Part shown: piece by piece, positions 23,456 to 34,490 of the stretch
Position numbering within the stretch: position 1 is the stretch's first letter
Layout: the number at the start of each line of letters is the position of its first letter
Source: Isurus oxyrinchus
Lineage: Eukaryota
Assembly: GCA_026770705.1 (NCBI GenBank)
Contig: JANJGN010000926.1
Location: 186,001-234,696, forward strand
Length of the DNA: 48,696 bases
Reading direction: 5' to 3'
Made by a program: the position numbers and the translations under genes
Notes under the pieces: model-generated
Seen by the model: only the letters and a program-made list of their open reading frames with translations
What the model was told of the DNA's origin: nothing
Databases searched by the model: none

Positions 23456-23824
23456 TTGGACTGTCACAAGAGTGGAAAGGTGACACTCCACAAGAGGTGA
23501 CAGCGCAGGAAGGTTCGTGTGTACAGATTCCGTGTCATTACAGTTATCCAGCACATTTGGAAAGCCAACCACGAGTCGGAATCTGGTTTAATAACGAGAA
23601 ACACAAATTCGACAATCCCTTTGCCTTTCACTCCAAGGATCACAGTCACGAGTTACCAAGGTTCCGCCATCGGACCCAGCTGTCTGGAGACCTGAAAGAT
23701 GGCGACTGTTCCCTGATTATAAACAACATCAGACGGGAAGATGCAGGACCTTATTTTTTCAGAATAGAATTTGGAAGTACAAATAACTACAACTATTACC
23801 CTGTAACCCGGCTTCACATTTCTG
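23456..23824 (+). CDS. Siglec-like copy C, V-set Ig exon (intact, essential Arg present)
   Basis: 369-nt phase-1 exon VGLSQEWKGDTPQEVTAQEGSCVQIPCHYSYP...GIW...RTQLSGDLKDGDCSLIINNIRREDAGPYFFRIEFGSTNNYNY; Cys pattern fits the Siglec B-E intra-sheet disulfide. Confidence 0.92.
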
Positions 23825-24750
23825 GTAAGTGCTGTGTTATAATTACTCAACAATTCACATCCAACACTCAATGGGAAATAACACAAACTGTGACGTTTAC
23901 ATATTAACACAAAACAAAGCTTATTGTAACACACTGTCTGATTCTCAATAACCTGCTGATAGCTTCCAGTTCAGTCCTAAAGCAACCTCTAATACTCACT
24001 TTAATATCAATGATTAAATAGATTGAGTGTGTCCATCAGTGTTATCAGGTTATCCAATCTTATCAAGCTCTCTAATCCTGTTTTAAATTCCCACAAATTG
24101 ACAACAGAATGACTTGCATTCCTATAGCGCCTTTCACCACATCAGGACGATCCTTAATCGATTCACAGCCAATGAAGTGATTCTTGAAGCACACATTCTC
24201 TCCACTCTCTGGGTAAAGAAGTTTCTCCTGAATTCCCCATTGGAGTTATTAGTGAGGATCTTATATTGTCAGCCTCTGGTTTTGTTCATTTGTTCCATGT
24301 CTACTCGATCAAAACCTTTCACTACTTGAAAGATCAAATGAGGTCACCCCTCAACCTTCTCTGTTCACGGGAACAGAGACCCAGCCTGTTCAGCCTCTCC
24401 TGATAGGTAAAGCCTCACATTGCTGAGATCATCCTTGTGAAGCTTTTTACCACCCTCTCCAGTGTCTCTATATCCTTTTCCAAATGCTGAGTCTGTTCTC
24501 CCCTAGCTGTGAGCTGTTCCTCCACCCTCACCCAGTCTGGTCAAATCAAGGGTCACTGAGTGAGAGTGTATTAATCTGAGTGACAGAGATTCAACAAGTG
24601 TAAAAAGAGACAATTCTAAAATGATCATTGTAACCTCTCAGTTCTGATATCATCCTTGTAAAAGTGCTTTCTCTTGTGGGACTGTGATTTCTATTTGAAC
24701 TGATGCTTCACGTTATATTTCTCTAAAAGGATCCATTCTCTGTCTGTTAG

Positions 24751-25047
24751 ATTTCACAGATAAACCCACGATATTCCCTGCTGAAATTATTGCAGGAAAG
24801 CGTGTGGATGTAAGCTGCACCTTCAACACAACGTGCAATGGAACAGCAGCACCTGTCTTAACCTGGGACACTCCCACTGACGTACCTGGATCAGTCTCAA
24901 ACACTGTAACTCAGCATGGTGTCACTCTGACCTATACTTCTGTTCTGACCCTGATCCCATCACTCAAACACCACGGACACACTCTCAGCTGCAGAGTGAG
25001 ATATCCATCTGTTTCATCGAAGCGGACCCTCGTACTGACTGTGCTAT
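24751..25047 (+). CDS. Siglec-like copy C, C2-set Ig exon
   Basis: 297-nt phase-1 exon DFTDKPTIFPAEIIAGKRVDVSCTFNTTCNGTAAPVLTW...TSVLTLIPSLKHHGHTLSCRVRY; extra Cys for the interdomain bond. Confidence 0.9.
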
Positions 25048-25214
25048 GTAAGTACAAACACCCTTCATTCTACATTAGCAGGAATAGTATCAAATGTGCA
25101 CAGCAAGCTCCCACATACTGCACTTTGTTTATAAACAAACCATTGGTGTTTAACTAGTAAAAAGTGAGCCCTGACAGGCAGTACATCCTTACTACTGACT
25201 CTCCGACAGTGCAT

Positions 25215-26950
25215 CATGGACTCATAGACTCATAGACACTTACAGGACAGAAGGAGGCCATTTAGCCCATCTTGTCCATTCTGGTCAGCAACTCCCTCCC
25301 TAAGTGCATCACCTCACATTTTTCCAGGTTGAAGTCCATTTGCGTCGTGATCATTCCCCCTATATTTACGTCCAATTCATTTATATACACCACAAACAGC
25401 AAGTGCCCCAGCACTGAGCCCTGTGGAACCCCACTGGAAACAGACATCCAGTCACAGAAACATCCCTCCACCATCACCCTCTGCTTCCTGCCTCAGCCAA
25501 TATTGGATCCAACGTGCCACTTTGCCTTGGATCCCATGGGCTCTTACTTTCTTGGCCTCTCTGCCAAGAGGCACCTGATCAAAAGCCTTCCTCAGCCCAT
25601 GTCGACCACATCAAAGGCATTACTCTCATCAACACTCCTGGTTACCTCCTCAAAAGATTTGATCAGGTTTGTCAAACATGACCTTCCCTTAACAAATCCA
25701 TGCTGAATATCCCAGATTAATCCTTGTCTCTCCCAGTGCAGATTCATTCTGTCCTTCAGAATTCTTACTAGTAACTTCCCCACCACCGAGGTTAGACTGA
25801 CTGGCCTGTAATTTCCTGATCTATCCCTTCCTCCCTTTTTTAATAATGGGACAACATCAGCCATCCTCCAGTCCTCTGGCACCTCACCTGTGGCCAGAGA
25901 GGATTTGAAAATTACTGCCAGGGCCCCTGATATCTCTTCCCTTTCCTCCCTCAACAGCTTTGGATTCATCTCATCTGGGCTTGTGGATTTATCCACTTTT
26001 CAGGCCACTAAACCCACTAGTACCTCCTCTCTCTGTGTTAATTTCCTCTCATATTTCACTGTCCTCCACCCTGATGTTATACCTGCATCATCCTTTTCCA
26101 TTGTGAAGACTGATGCAAAGTATTCATTGAGGACTGTACCCACGTCTTCCAGGTCCACACACACATTACCTCGATAGTCCCTAATCGGCCCCACTCTTTA
26201 CCGAGTTATTCTCCTGTTCTTTACATATTTAAAAAACCCCTCTGGGTTTTGCTTTATTCTACCCACCAGTGCTTTCTCATGCACTCGCTTATCTTTCCTA
26301 ATGTCCTTTTTCAGTTCCCCTCTGCACTATTTGTACACCTCTAGGGACTCTGCTGTATTGAGCCCTCAGTATCTGCCATAAGCTTCTCTTTTTTCTCAAT
26401 CCTAACCTTTACGTTCCTTTTCTTCCAGGGTTCTCCAGACTTGGTCTCCCTCTTTGTCTTTACAGGAAGATATCTGCTCTGTACTCTCGCTATTCCCTCC
26501 TTGAATGCCTCCCACTGCTCTGACACAGTTTTATCTGCAAAGAGCTTCTCCCAGTCCACTTGGGCCCAATCATATCTCATCTTAGTAAAATTAGCCTTTC
26601 CCCAGTTTAGAATTTTTATTCCCAGCACAAACTTATCCTTCTCCATAACTGTCCTAAATCCAATTGAGTTACAGTCACTATCTCCCCTACTGATACGCTT
26701 TCCACCTTTCCCTGCGCTTTTCCATATATTAGGTCCAGAACTGTCCCCTCCCTTGTTGAGCTTTCTATGCACAGACTAAAAATCTTCTCCTGGATGCAAC
26801 TTCAGAATTTTTCTCCCTCCCTACCTTGCTCACTAAAGCTGTCCCAATTAATATTTGGGTAGTTAAAATCCCTGAGTATTACTGCTTTATTATTCTTACA
26901 CATCTCTGAAATGTGATCACATGTTGGATTGTCCATCTCTCCCTGACTGT
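25215..26950 (-). mobile_element. CR1-type LINE ORF2, degenerate with internal deletions
   Basis: NYRPVSLTSVVGKLL...QHGFVKGRSCLTNL; VSSGVPQGSVLG.LLFVVYIN; LNEYFASVFT; tail aatggcctccttctgtcctgtaag with tctatgag repeats. Confidence 0.92.
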
Positions 26951-27022
26951 TTGTTGGTTTTATATCTTGAGTCTATGAGTTCACTGGTTGAGTAAACTCA
27001 AATTGCACTCCTTCATATACAC

Positions 27023-27892
27023 TTGTTAGTTGATGCTCGCTATCAATAACCAAGAGAGACCGACATTGGAACAAGCTGATTATTTATTGCAAGAGGGCAG
27101 AGCACTAAATTTTTGCATGTTCCCACACCCACCTCCAGCTCTAGACTTACAGTGAACCAGTAGCCCGCACTGTACAATGATTGGGCAGCACTGTCACATG
27201 GTTTATCCACTTGCATTCTCTTAACTGTACATGGAACTCCACTTTACCACATCCTTCCCCCTTTACTTAAAAAGTGCAGTTGACAAACTTAATAACAAGT
27301 GAACTAATTACACTAATAACTATTTACAAATCAAGTCTCTCAGGAGGCTTTCTCGAATGTTTCTCCTTCCAAATTTTGGGACCTGTCCTCTACATGTGGC
27401 CCAGACTCAAGTGGAGATGAAGACTTCATTTCTTCTTGTGGGACCAGCGTTATTTTGGGGAAATGATCCACATGTCGTTTACTGATACATGAGAGGAGAG
27501 GGATCCAGTTACTGCACTCACCTCGCCTAACAGCCAATTGGACCCATCTCCATAGTTCATCGCAAGGACTGCACCTCCCACAGTGAAAGTTCTTTCCCAG
27601 CATGACCATCGTGCCTGGTCTCCTGCGTCTCTTGGCTTTTCTCCAGCCTCCCCTTTAAATCCGGCTGGATAAGGGTCAGGTGGGTGCGGAGATGTCTCTT
27701 CATTAGTAGTTCTGCAGGGCCAATGCTGGTCGTTGTTTGTGGCCTGGCCCAGTTTGTGAAGAGGAACCGGGACAATCTCATGCCGATGGAATCCCCTTCC
27801 ATCTTTCTCACCCTGGATTTAAAGGTTTGGATGCCCTGCTCAGCCCTGCCGTTCGATGCTGGGCGGTAGGGTGAGGGTTTGATATGGGTGAT
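27023..27892 (-). mobile_element. Gypsy 3' fragment: integrase core end, PPT and 3' LTR
   Basis: HIKPSPYRPASNGRAEQGIQTFK...PAELLMKRHLRTHL; PPT at ~27251-27268; ~230-bp TG...CA LTR at 27023-27250. Confidence 0.8.
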
Positions 27893-28024
27893 GAAGTGCT
27901 GAATAGTAACTGAGGGCTGTGGTCTCAGGTGGTTTGGAACAATTTTTATTCACTGGTTGAAAGTCTTCGAGTCATGTCAGAGATTTTGGAGGAACATCGG
28001 GACCGGAGGAGGTGTTCTCCTGCT

Positions 28025-28450
28025 CCATATCTCTCTCTCTTCCTCTCATCCACTCCTCCTCTCCCTGTCTCTCTCTCTCCTACTCTTCCTCTCAATTGCC
28101 CTCTCTCCCAATCTTTCTCTCCTCTCTCCCTTTTCCTGTCTCTCTCTCTCTCTCTCTCCCTGTCTCATTCTCCCACTCAGTATCTCTCCCTCTCTCTCAC
28201 ACTATTTTTGTACCTTTCGCTCACTCTGTAACTCTCCCTTCCCTGTTAATTTCTCTCTCTTGGACAATCTCTCTTCCCTTTTCACTTTCCCTCACTCTGC
28301 ATCTCTTCTTTAATTTCTCCCTCTGTCACTCTCTCCCACCTATGTTCTTTCCCTTTCACCCCTCCCCGTCCCACTCTCTGTCTCTCTCTTCCAATCCCTC
28401 CCTCCCCCATTCCATCCCTCTCTCCGACTCTCGACTCCCAGCCTCTCTTT
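28025..28450. repeat. CT-rich low-complexity tract
   Basis: Degenerate (CT)n; similar tracts at 31590-31820 and 32330-32480. Confidence 0.85.
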
Positions 28451-28869
28451 AACCCACTCCCAGGCTGGATCAGTCTCCCTCTCACTATTCCCGGCGTGGG
28501 TTACATTTAAAATTCCTGTGGGGATATGTTCACTTCCTTGGAATTGTCTCTTCCCAGCTTTGCAAAAAAAGGGGGGGGGGGCTCGATTTCAAACATGCCT
28601 CCTGAGTATAACCGAGACAGACTGCCACTGAAATCAGCTTGAAATCAGAAAACTTTCTGTGGAAGAAACGAGCAGGGAGAAACCTTAAAATAAGGAATGA
28701 ATTTCCACCTACCGTGTCCGGGGAATCCACAGATTTCTCAATCGTCGAAGAACCTAAAGCAGTGTCAACCTGCAAAAAGAAAGAATTTATCAGGGAGAAA
28801 GTGAGAGGAGGATTGAGGGAGAGGGAGAGAGAGAGAGAGAGGTACAGGAGAGAGAGGGGGAGGAGGACA

Positions 28870-29430
28870 GACTTGCATTTCTCTAACGCCTTTCACCACA
28901 TCCCAAAGCATTTCACAGCCACTGAAGGAGGTTTTTGAAGTGCACTCACACTGTAGGAAATGTGGCAGCTGATTTGTGCACAGCAAGATCCCACAAATAG
29001 CAATGTGATCATGGCCTAGATCATCTGTTTTTGGTGATGTTGGGTGAGGGATAAATATTGGTCCCAGGACACCGGGGAGAACTCCCCCTGCTCTTCCTCC
29101 AAATAGTGGCTGTGGGATCTTTCACACCCGCCCGAGAGGGCAGACGGGGGACTCAGTTTAATGTCTCATTCAACATTGTTGCGCTCCCTCAGTACTAACC
29201 CTTTGACACTGCAGCACTCCCTTAGTATTAACCCTTCGATAGTGCTGCGCACCCTCAGTACTGTCCCTCCGTCAGTGCAGCTCTATTTCAGTACTAACTC
29301 TTCGACACAGCAGCACTCCCTCAGTACTGACCTCCGACAGTATAGCACTCCCTCAGTACTGTCCCTCCAATAGTGCAACACTTCCACACTACTGACCCTC
29401 TGAGAGTGCAGCACTCCCTCAGCACGGAGC
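28870..29430 (-). mobile_element. Deu-domain SINE (SacSINE1/AmnSINE1-like) with internal 33-bp tandem expansion
   Basis: Reverse complement of cccgtctgccctctc...aagatccca...gaagagcaggggagttctccccggtgtcctgg..aatatttatccctca; runs into 33-bp units at 29180-29425. Confidence 0.8.
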
Positions 29431-29487
29431 GTTGATCTACATTATGGGACTGAATTCCCTGGAGTGAGACTCAGACCAGTGATTTAG

Positions 29488-29825
29488 GTAGGGTTGTCGG
29501 GGCTGGAGGAGGTTACAGAGATAGGGAGGGCTGTAGAGGCTGTAGGAGGTTACAGAGAAAGGGAGGGTTGTAAGGGCTGTAGGAAGTTACAGAGATAGGG
29601 AGGGTTGTAAGGCCTGGAGGAGGTTACAGAGATAGGGAGGGTTGTAGGGGCTGGAGGAGGTTACAGAGATAGGGAGGGTTGTACGGGCTGGAGGAGGTTA
29701 CAGAGATAGGGAGGGTTGTAGGGGCTGGAGGAGGTTACAGAGATAGGGAGGGGTGTAGGGGCTGGAGGAGTTTACAGAGATAGGGAGGGTTGTACGGGCT
29801 GGAGGAGGTTACAGAGATAGGGAGT
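29488..29825. repeat. 37-bp minisatellite (GGAGGAGGTTACAGAGATAGGGAGGGTTGTAGGGGCT); reverse-orientation array at 32480-32760
   Basis: About 9 tandem units visible. Confidence 0.9.
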
Positions 29826-30187
29826 GGCTGAGGAGGGATTGAAAACAAGAATGAGAATTTCAGGGGAAATGACAGAAGGAAATGATGTTAAATTCATAGA
29901 GGGCGACAATATTAAAGGCACGAACATAATAATATCAAACTGCGGAAGTGACCAGTCTATCTGGGTGGTAGACGTAGAGTCATGTGCAAGAAACACCTCA
30001 CCCAGAGGGACATCTCTTAGCTTAACCTCGACAAGGAGAAGAAGTGACTCAGCTGCAGGGAGAGCAGCAAAGTCAGAGTGAACAAGACAAGTCGCCATTT
30101 CATCTGGGAGCTTCCCATCTCTGCCTGTCTCTTCTGATCTTCTGGCTCTGCTTTGATGCTTTGGTTTGTAACTAGAGGAGCTTCCTG

Positions 30188-30400
30188 CTCTTATACCTGA
30201 AACACTTGAAGGGGACAGCCGCGGGTGGGTAGCTGTGTGGTATCGCACCCATTTCTGGATATTGCAGTGTCGATGTTCCCTGTCCCACTGGCCTGGGACC
30301 AGCAGTAAGGTCACTGGGACATTGACTGTCTGGCGCCGAGAACTATCAGTCCCTCCGCAACGCCCTTCACCTTGTGCAAATATGTGTTCATATTGACGCA
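30188..30400 (-). promoter_or_regulatory. Candidate promoter: TATA, STAT-like, BMP/SMAD and C/EBP motifs
   Basis: TATAAGAG 30188-30195; TTCTGGATA 30253-30261 (imperfect STAT); GGCGCC 30332-30337 next to GTCT 30328-30331; TTGTGCAA 30372-30379. Confidence 0.45.
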
Positions 30401-30789
30401 ACACAACATAGCAAAAACATAGGGGCTGGTTCTTATGTCGGCAAATCAGGTGAAGCGCACGCCCCCTAACCCCTTACTCCTCTCATTGCTCCTCCTTCCT
30501 GCCAGACACTTACTATTTTACAAATTGTGTGCGTTGCTTTTATTTCGGACAAGGGGCCTCGAGGGGGAACTGATTTACGCTGAGGTTTAGGGGTTAACAG
30601 CCATGTCATGTGTTGATCGGTCAGTGTTTACCATGTGGAGACTGTCTGTCACCAGCTTTGTTCATGGTTTATCCAGGAACATTGAAGGGCATGAACGTTC
30701 TTGCTTTGTATGGAACAAGTCACCAACTGGGTTCAGTCATCGACTCAGACTCACATCAACATAAACTGGCTTCTGACAGGTAAGTTTCT

Positions 30790-31395
30790 ATTACATAAGG
30801 GTAGGAGGAGGCCATTTGGCCCCTCGAGCCTGCTCCACCATTCAAAGAGTTCATGGCTGATCTGCAAACTAGCCCCATATGCCTTTGTCCCATCTCCTTT
30901 AATACCTTTGGATAACAAAAATCTATCAGTCTCACAGGTTTAAAATGAACAACTTGATCGTGCATCAGTTCCTGTTTGGGGAAGAGAGTTCCAAATTTCT
31001 CCCACCCTTTGTACTTCCTAATTTAATTCCTTTTTAGGCTCTGATCCCGAGTCCCAGACTCCCCCCAACCAGGGGAAATGGTTTCTCTTTATCGCCCCCG
31101 ATCTGTTCCCCTTAATATCATGCGAACTTTCATCAAATCTCCTGCTTAACATTCTAACTTCCAGGGAATACAAGCCGAGTTTGTGTTTAATCTCGCCTTG
31201 TGATTTAACCCTTGGAGTCCCGGTCTCATTCTGGTAAACTGACACTGCTCTCCCTCCGAGGTCAATATATCCTTCCTAAGGTGTGGGGCCCAGAATGTCT
31301 CACAGTGACTCCAGGTGTGGTCTAGCCAGGGCTTTATGTAGACTGAAGCATGACCTCTGCCCCCTTATATTCTAATCCGTGAGATAGAAAGGGCA
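30790..31395 (-). mobile_element. CR1-type LINE 3' fragment
   Basis: GLEYKGAEVMLQ..., KLGLYSLE.RML, and 3' tail caggctcgaggggccaaatggcctcctcct. Confidence 0.75.
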
Positions 31396-31989
31396 GAGTT
31401 CCAGAATTGTTGTGTTTATTCGACAACAGAATAACAGAGGAAGGTTTCCTCTCTGCCCTCTTCAGCCCCACTGGGAAGGTCAGGATGAGAAGGTTGGGCT
31501 GGGTCCCCTGTACTGGACACTCGCTGAATCTTCCAATGATAGTTCTGGGCTGGATTTCAAAACGCATAGACAAGGATTCAGTGTTCCATCACATTCTGCC
31601 TTTGTCTCTTTTCCTCTCGTTCTCTTTCTCTACCATCCTCTCTCTCTATCTATCTATCTTTCTCCTCATTCTCTCCTGCTTCATCTCTATCACTTTCTTT
31701 CTACTTCTTTGTGTGTCTCTGTCTGTCTCTCTCTCTCACTCTTTCTTTCCTTGTCCTTATCTCTTTCAGTGTCTCCCTCTTTCTCTCTCTCTCTCTCTCT
31801 CTAAATGTGCCCCTCTCTAACAGTTTGGCCCAGTACTCTTATTTCCCTGTTTTACTGGTGTTCCATTTGAAGGTATACAAGACCAGATCAGACCAGAATG
31901 TTTATTTTCCAGTGTTTACTGTGTTTTTTTCATTCTGGGTGTCTCTCGACTCTGTCTGTCCCTCTCTGTCCTTTTATTTCATTCTTTCA

Positions 31990-32320
31990 TGTGATGTGGA
32001 CATCACTGCCTAGGCCAGCATTTATTGCCCAACCCTAATTGCCCTTGTTCAGAGGCCACTTTTTAAAAGTCAACCACATTGCTGTGGGTCTGGAGTCACA
32101 TGTAGGCCAGACCAGGTAAGGACAGCAGATTTCCCTCCCTAAAGGGCATTTGTGACCCAAATACAAGAATCGGCAATGGTTTCCTGGTCATCATCGGACT
32201 TTTAATTCCAGGTTTTTATTGAGTTCAAATTCCACCAACTGCTGTGGTGGGATTCTAACCAGGGTCCCAGGAGCATTACGCTGGGTCTCTGGATTACTGG
32301 TCCAGTGAAAATACCATCAG
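31990..32320 (-). mobile_element. tRNA-derived SINE-like element
   Basis: Minus-strand head cactggaccagtaatccagagaccc...ggttagaatcccacc (B-box-like) followed by a conserved-looking body. Confidence 0.5.
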
Positions 32321-33989
32321 GCCAACACCTCCCCACTCTTCCCTTCCACCATCTTTCACACTTGTTCTGTCTCTCTCTCACTCTCCTTCTCTCTTCTCCC
32401 TCTCTCAGTCTCTGTCTGTCTCTCAATCTCTCTATCGCTCTCTATCTCCTGGAGGCTCTCTCTCTGACTGTCTCCCTCCCTATATCTGTAACCTCCTCTC
32501 TCTCTCCCTTTCCTCCAGCCCCTACAACCCTCCCTAAGGCAGCCTCCACCTGCCTCTACAATCCTCCCCATCTCTGTAACCACCTTCAACCCCTACACCC
32601 CTCCCTATATCTGTAACCACCTCCAACCCCCACAACCCTCCCCATCTCTGTAACCACCTTCAACCCCCACAACCCTCCCCATCTCTGTAACCACCTTCAA
32701 CCCCTACACCCCTCCCTATACCTGTAACCTCCTCCAGCCCCTGTAACCCTCCCTATCTCTTTAAGGGTTCTCAAAATTCCCACATTTTCCATATCATCAA
32801 CAAGGATATCACTTTTGCACCTTTAAACTGCTGAGTTAAGTGGAAAACCCTGCAGACAGGAGGCTGGGCCCATGAAGGCCTGGGGCTGCCCATGTCCGGG
32901 CTTATTGAGAGCAGTGTGGAATGTTTGGCCTGAAACCAGACAACGAGAGGAGACAGAATACGCATTCTTCCCTTTAATACAAACAACCCAGAGAAAGACT
33001 TCACTTCACACGCAACTGAAGCCCATCTAAATCTTGCATCAATAATCGCTCCTAACTTCTGAGGCCGGCAATTTAATTATGCGAACCCATCAATACTCCA
33101 CACATACAATGGCTTTCAGTTCAAAACTAGTTACTGGGCAGGAAGACAATGATAAACATCATGCGAGCCCATTAACAACAACGAGACATCAATCACCTGG
33201 GGAAGCCCACCAAAGACAAACAAAGAACGAACCTTGATTTGGATTGCGATAAGAAACTCGAAAGGCAGTATAACTGGGCAGTCAGTTGGGAGAGAAACCA
33301 GCCAGCAGAAGGGTTGCAGTGTTGAAAGCTGACACAGGGCAGTGAGCAGTTGGGAGCGGTTGAAACAGAGTTTAAGCAAGGAGATCTGGAGGTTTGCAGG
33401 CCCACAGGCAACATCACGGTGAGGGGCACGGGGTGGCAGGCTCAACCGAAGATACAAGGCCACAACCGCTGCCCTCCATGAAGATCGACCACCCACAACC
33501 GCGCCATCCACCCAACTGAAGACCCTTCACAGATTCCACAGACCAGGACCACGTGGGGATGACAGGCCCCAGAGGACACTAAGAGCGTCCCCCAAAACTG
33601 CAACCGGCTTACCTGGCTGGATTTCCACCTGTCAAGGAACCCTGGGTTGGTGAGCGTGACCCCTGACCTCTCCTAGTGCAATTTAGTTAGGGATGGGGGG
33701 TGGGACAAGGGTAAGGGCATTAGTAGCGTGATTCTCCCTCGTTATGCCATGTGTTCCCTATTCTTAACTCAGTGTACTTTGTAAGTCTGTATAATCTCAG
33801 TGTCATCCTAATGTTAGAAGTTCATTTGTGACTTCAGTAAACTCAGTTTTTGTCTTGCACCAAAACCAGTTGTCTGCTGCACTTTGTGACAAGCCCCGAA
33901 TAAGTCCAAGGTCTAGAACCCAGGGATTGGGAGCGATTCAGACGGCTCAGAAGTCGCAGGTGAAGCTGACACACACCACCACACCCTAC

Positions 33990-34490
33990 AAGGGGCTGAA
34001 TGGCCTCCACCTGTTCCTGTGTAACGGGCATCAGTGGCTGAATGGGCCTCGTCCTTTTTCTGTGTAACAGGCTCAATGGGGCTGAATGGGCCTCCTCCTG
34101 TTCTTGTCTAACAGGCTCGAGGGGGCTGAATGGGCCTCCTCCAGTTCCTGTGTAACAGGCTTGAGGAGCTAAATGGGCCTCCTTCCGTTCCTGTGTAACA
34201 GACATCAGTGGCTGAATGGGCTTGCTCCTGTTCCTGTGTAACAGTCTTGAGGGGGCTGAATGGCCTCTTCCTGTATCTGTGTAACAGGCTCAATGGGCTG
34301 AATGGCCCCCTTCTGTTCCTGTGTAACAGTCTCGAGGGGGCTGAATGGGCCTCTTCCTGTTCCTGTGTAACAGGCTCGACGGGCTGAATGGCCTCCTCCT
34401 GTTCCTGTGTAACAGGCTTGAGGGGGCTGAATGGCCTCCTCCTGTTCCTGTGTAACAGGCTCAAGGGGCTGAATGGCCTCCTTCTGCTCT
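33990..34490. repeat. ~43-bp LINE-tail-derived minisatellite, same family as 14800-16075
   Basis: About 12 units of gggctgaatggcctcctcctgttcctgtgtaacaggctc. Confidence 0.9.

Larger units (their letters stand above)
28713..30103 (-). pseudogene. Probable hepcidin-like (secreted prepropeptide) pseudogene: signal exon 30027-30103 and 57-nt propeptide exon 28713-28769; mature-peptide exon not found
   Basis: MKWRLVLFTLTLLLSLQLSHFFSLS AG|gttaag is one nt short of phase 0. tttctttttgcag|VDTALGSSTIEKSVDSPDT|gtaggt. Upstream TATA, GGCGCC and C/EBP motifs; adjacent to MAG/Siglec-like loci. Confidence 0.45.

Noticed and set aside
23456-23900. V exons as rearranging antigen-receptor (Ig/TCR/IgNAR) V segments
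   Set aside because: Each complete V exon includes the G strand and ends in a GT donor; no heptamer-nonamer RSS seen; Cys pattern is Siglec-type with no YYC.
29772-30404. 210-aa minus-strand ORF
   Set aside because: Spans promoter-like motifs, an intron-like region and a minisatellite with no recognisable domain; the signal peptide lies in a different frame.
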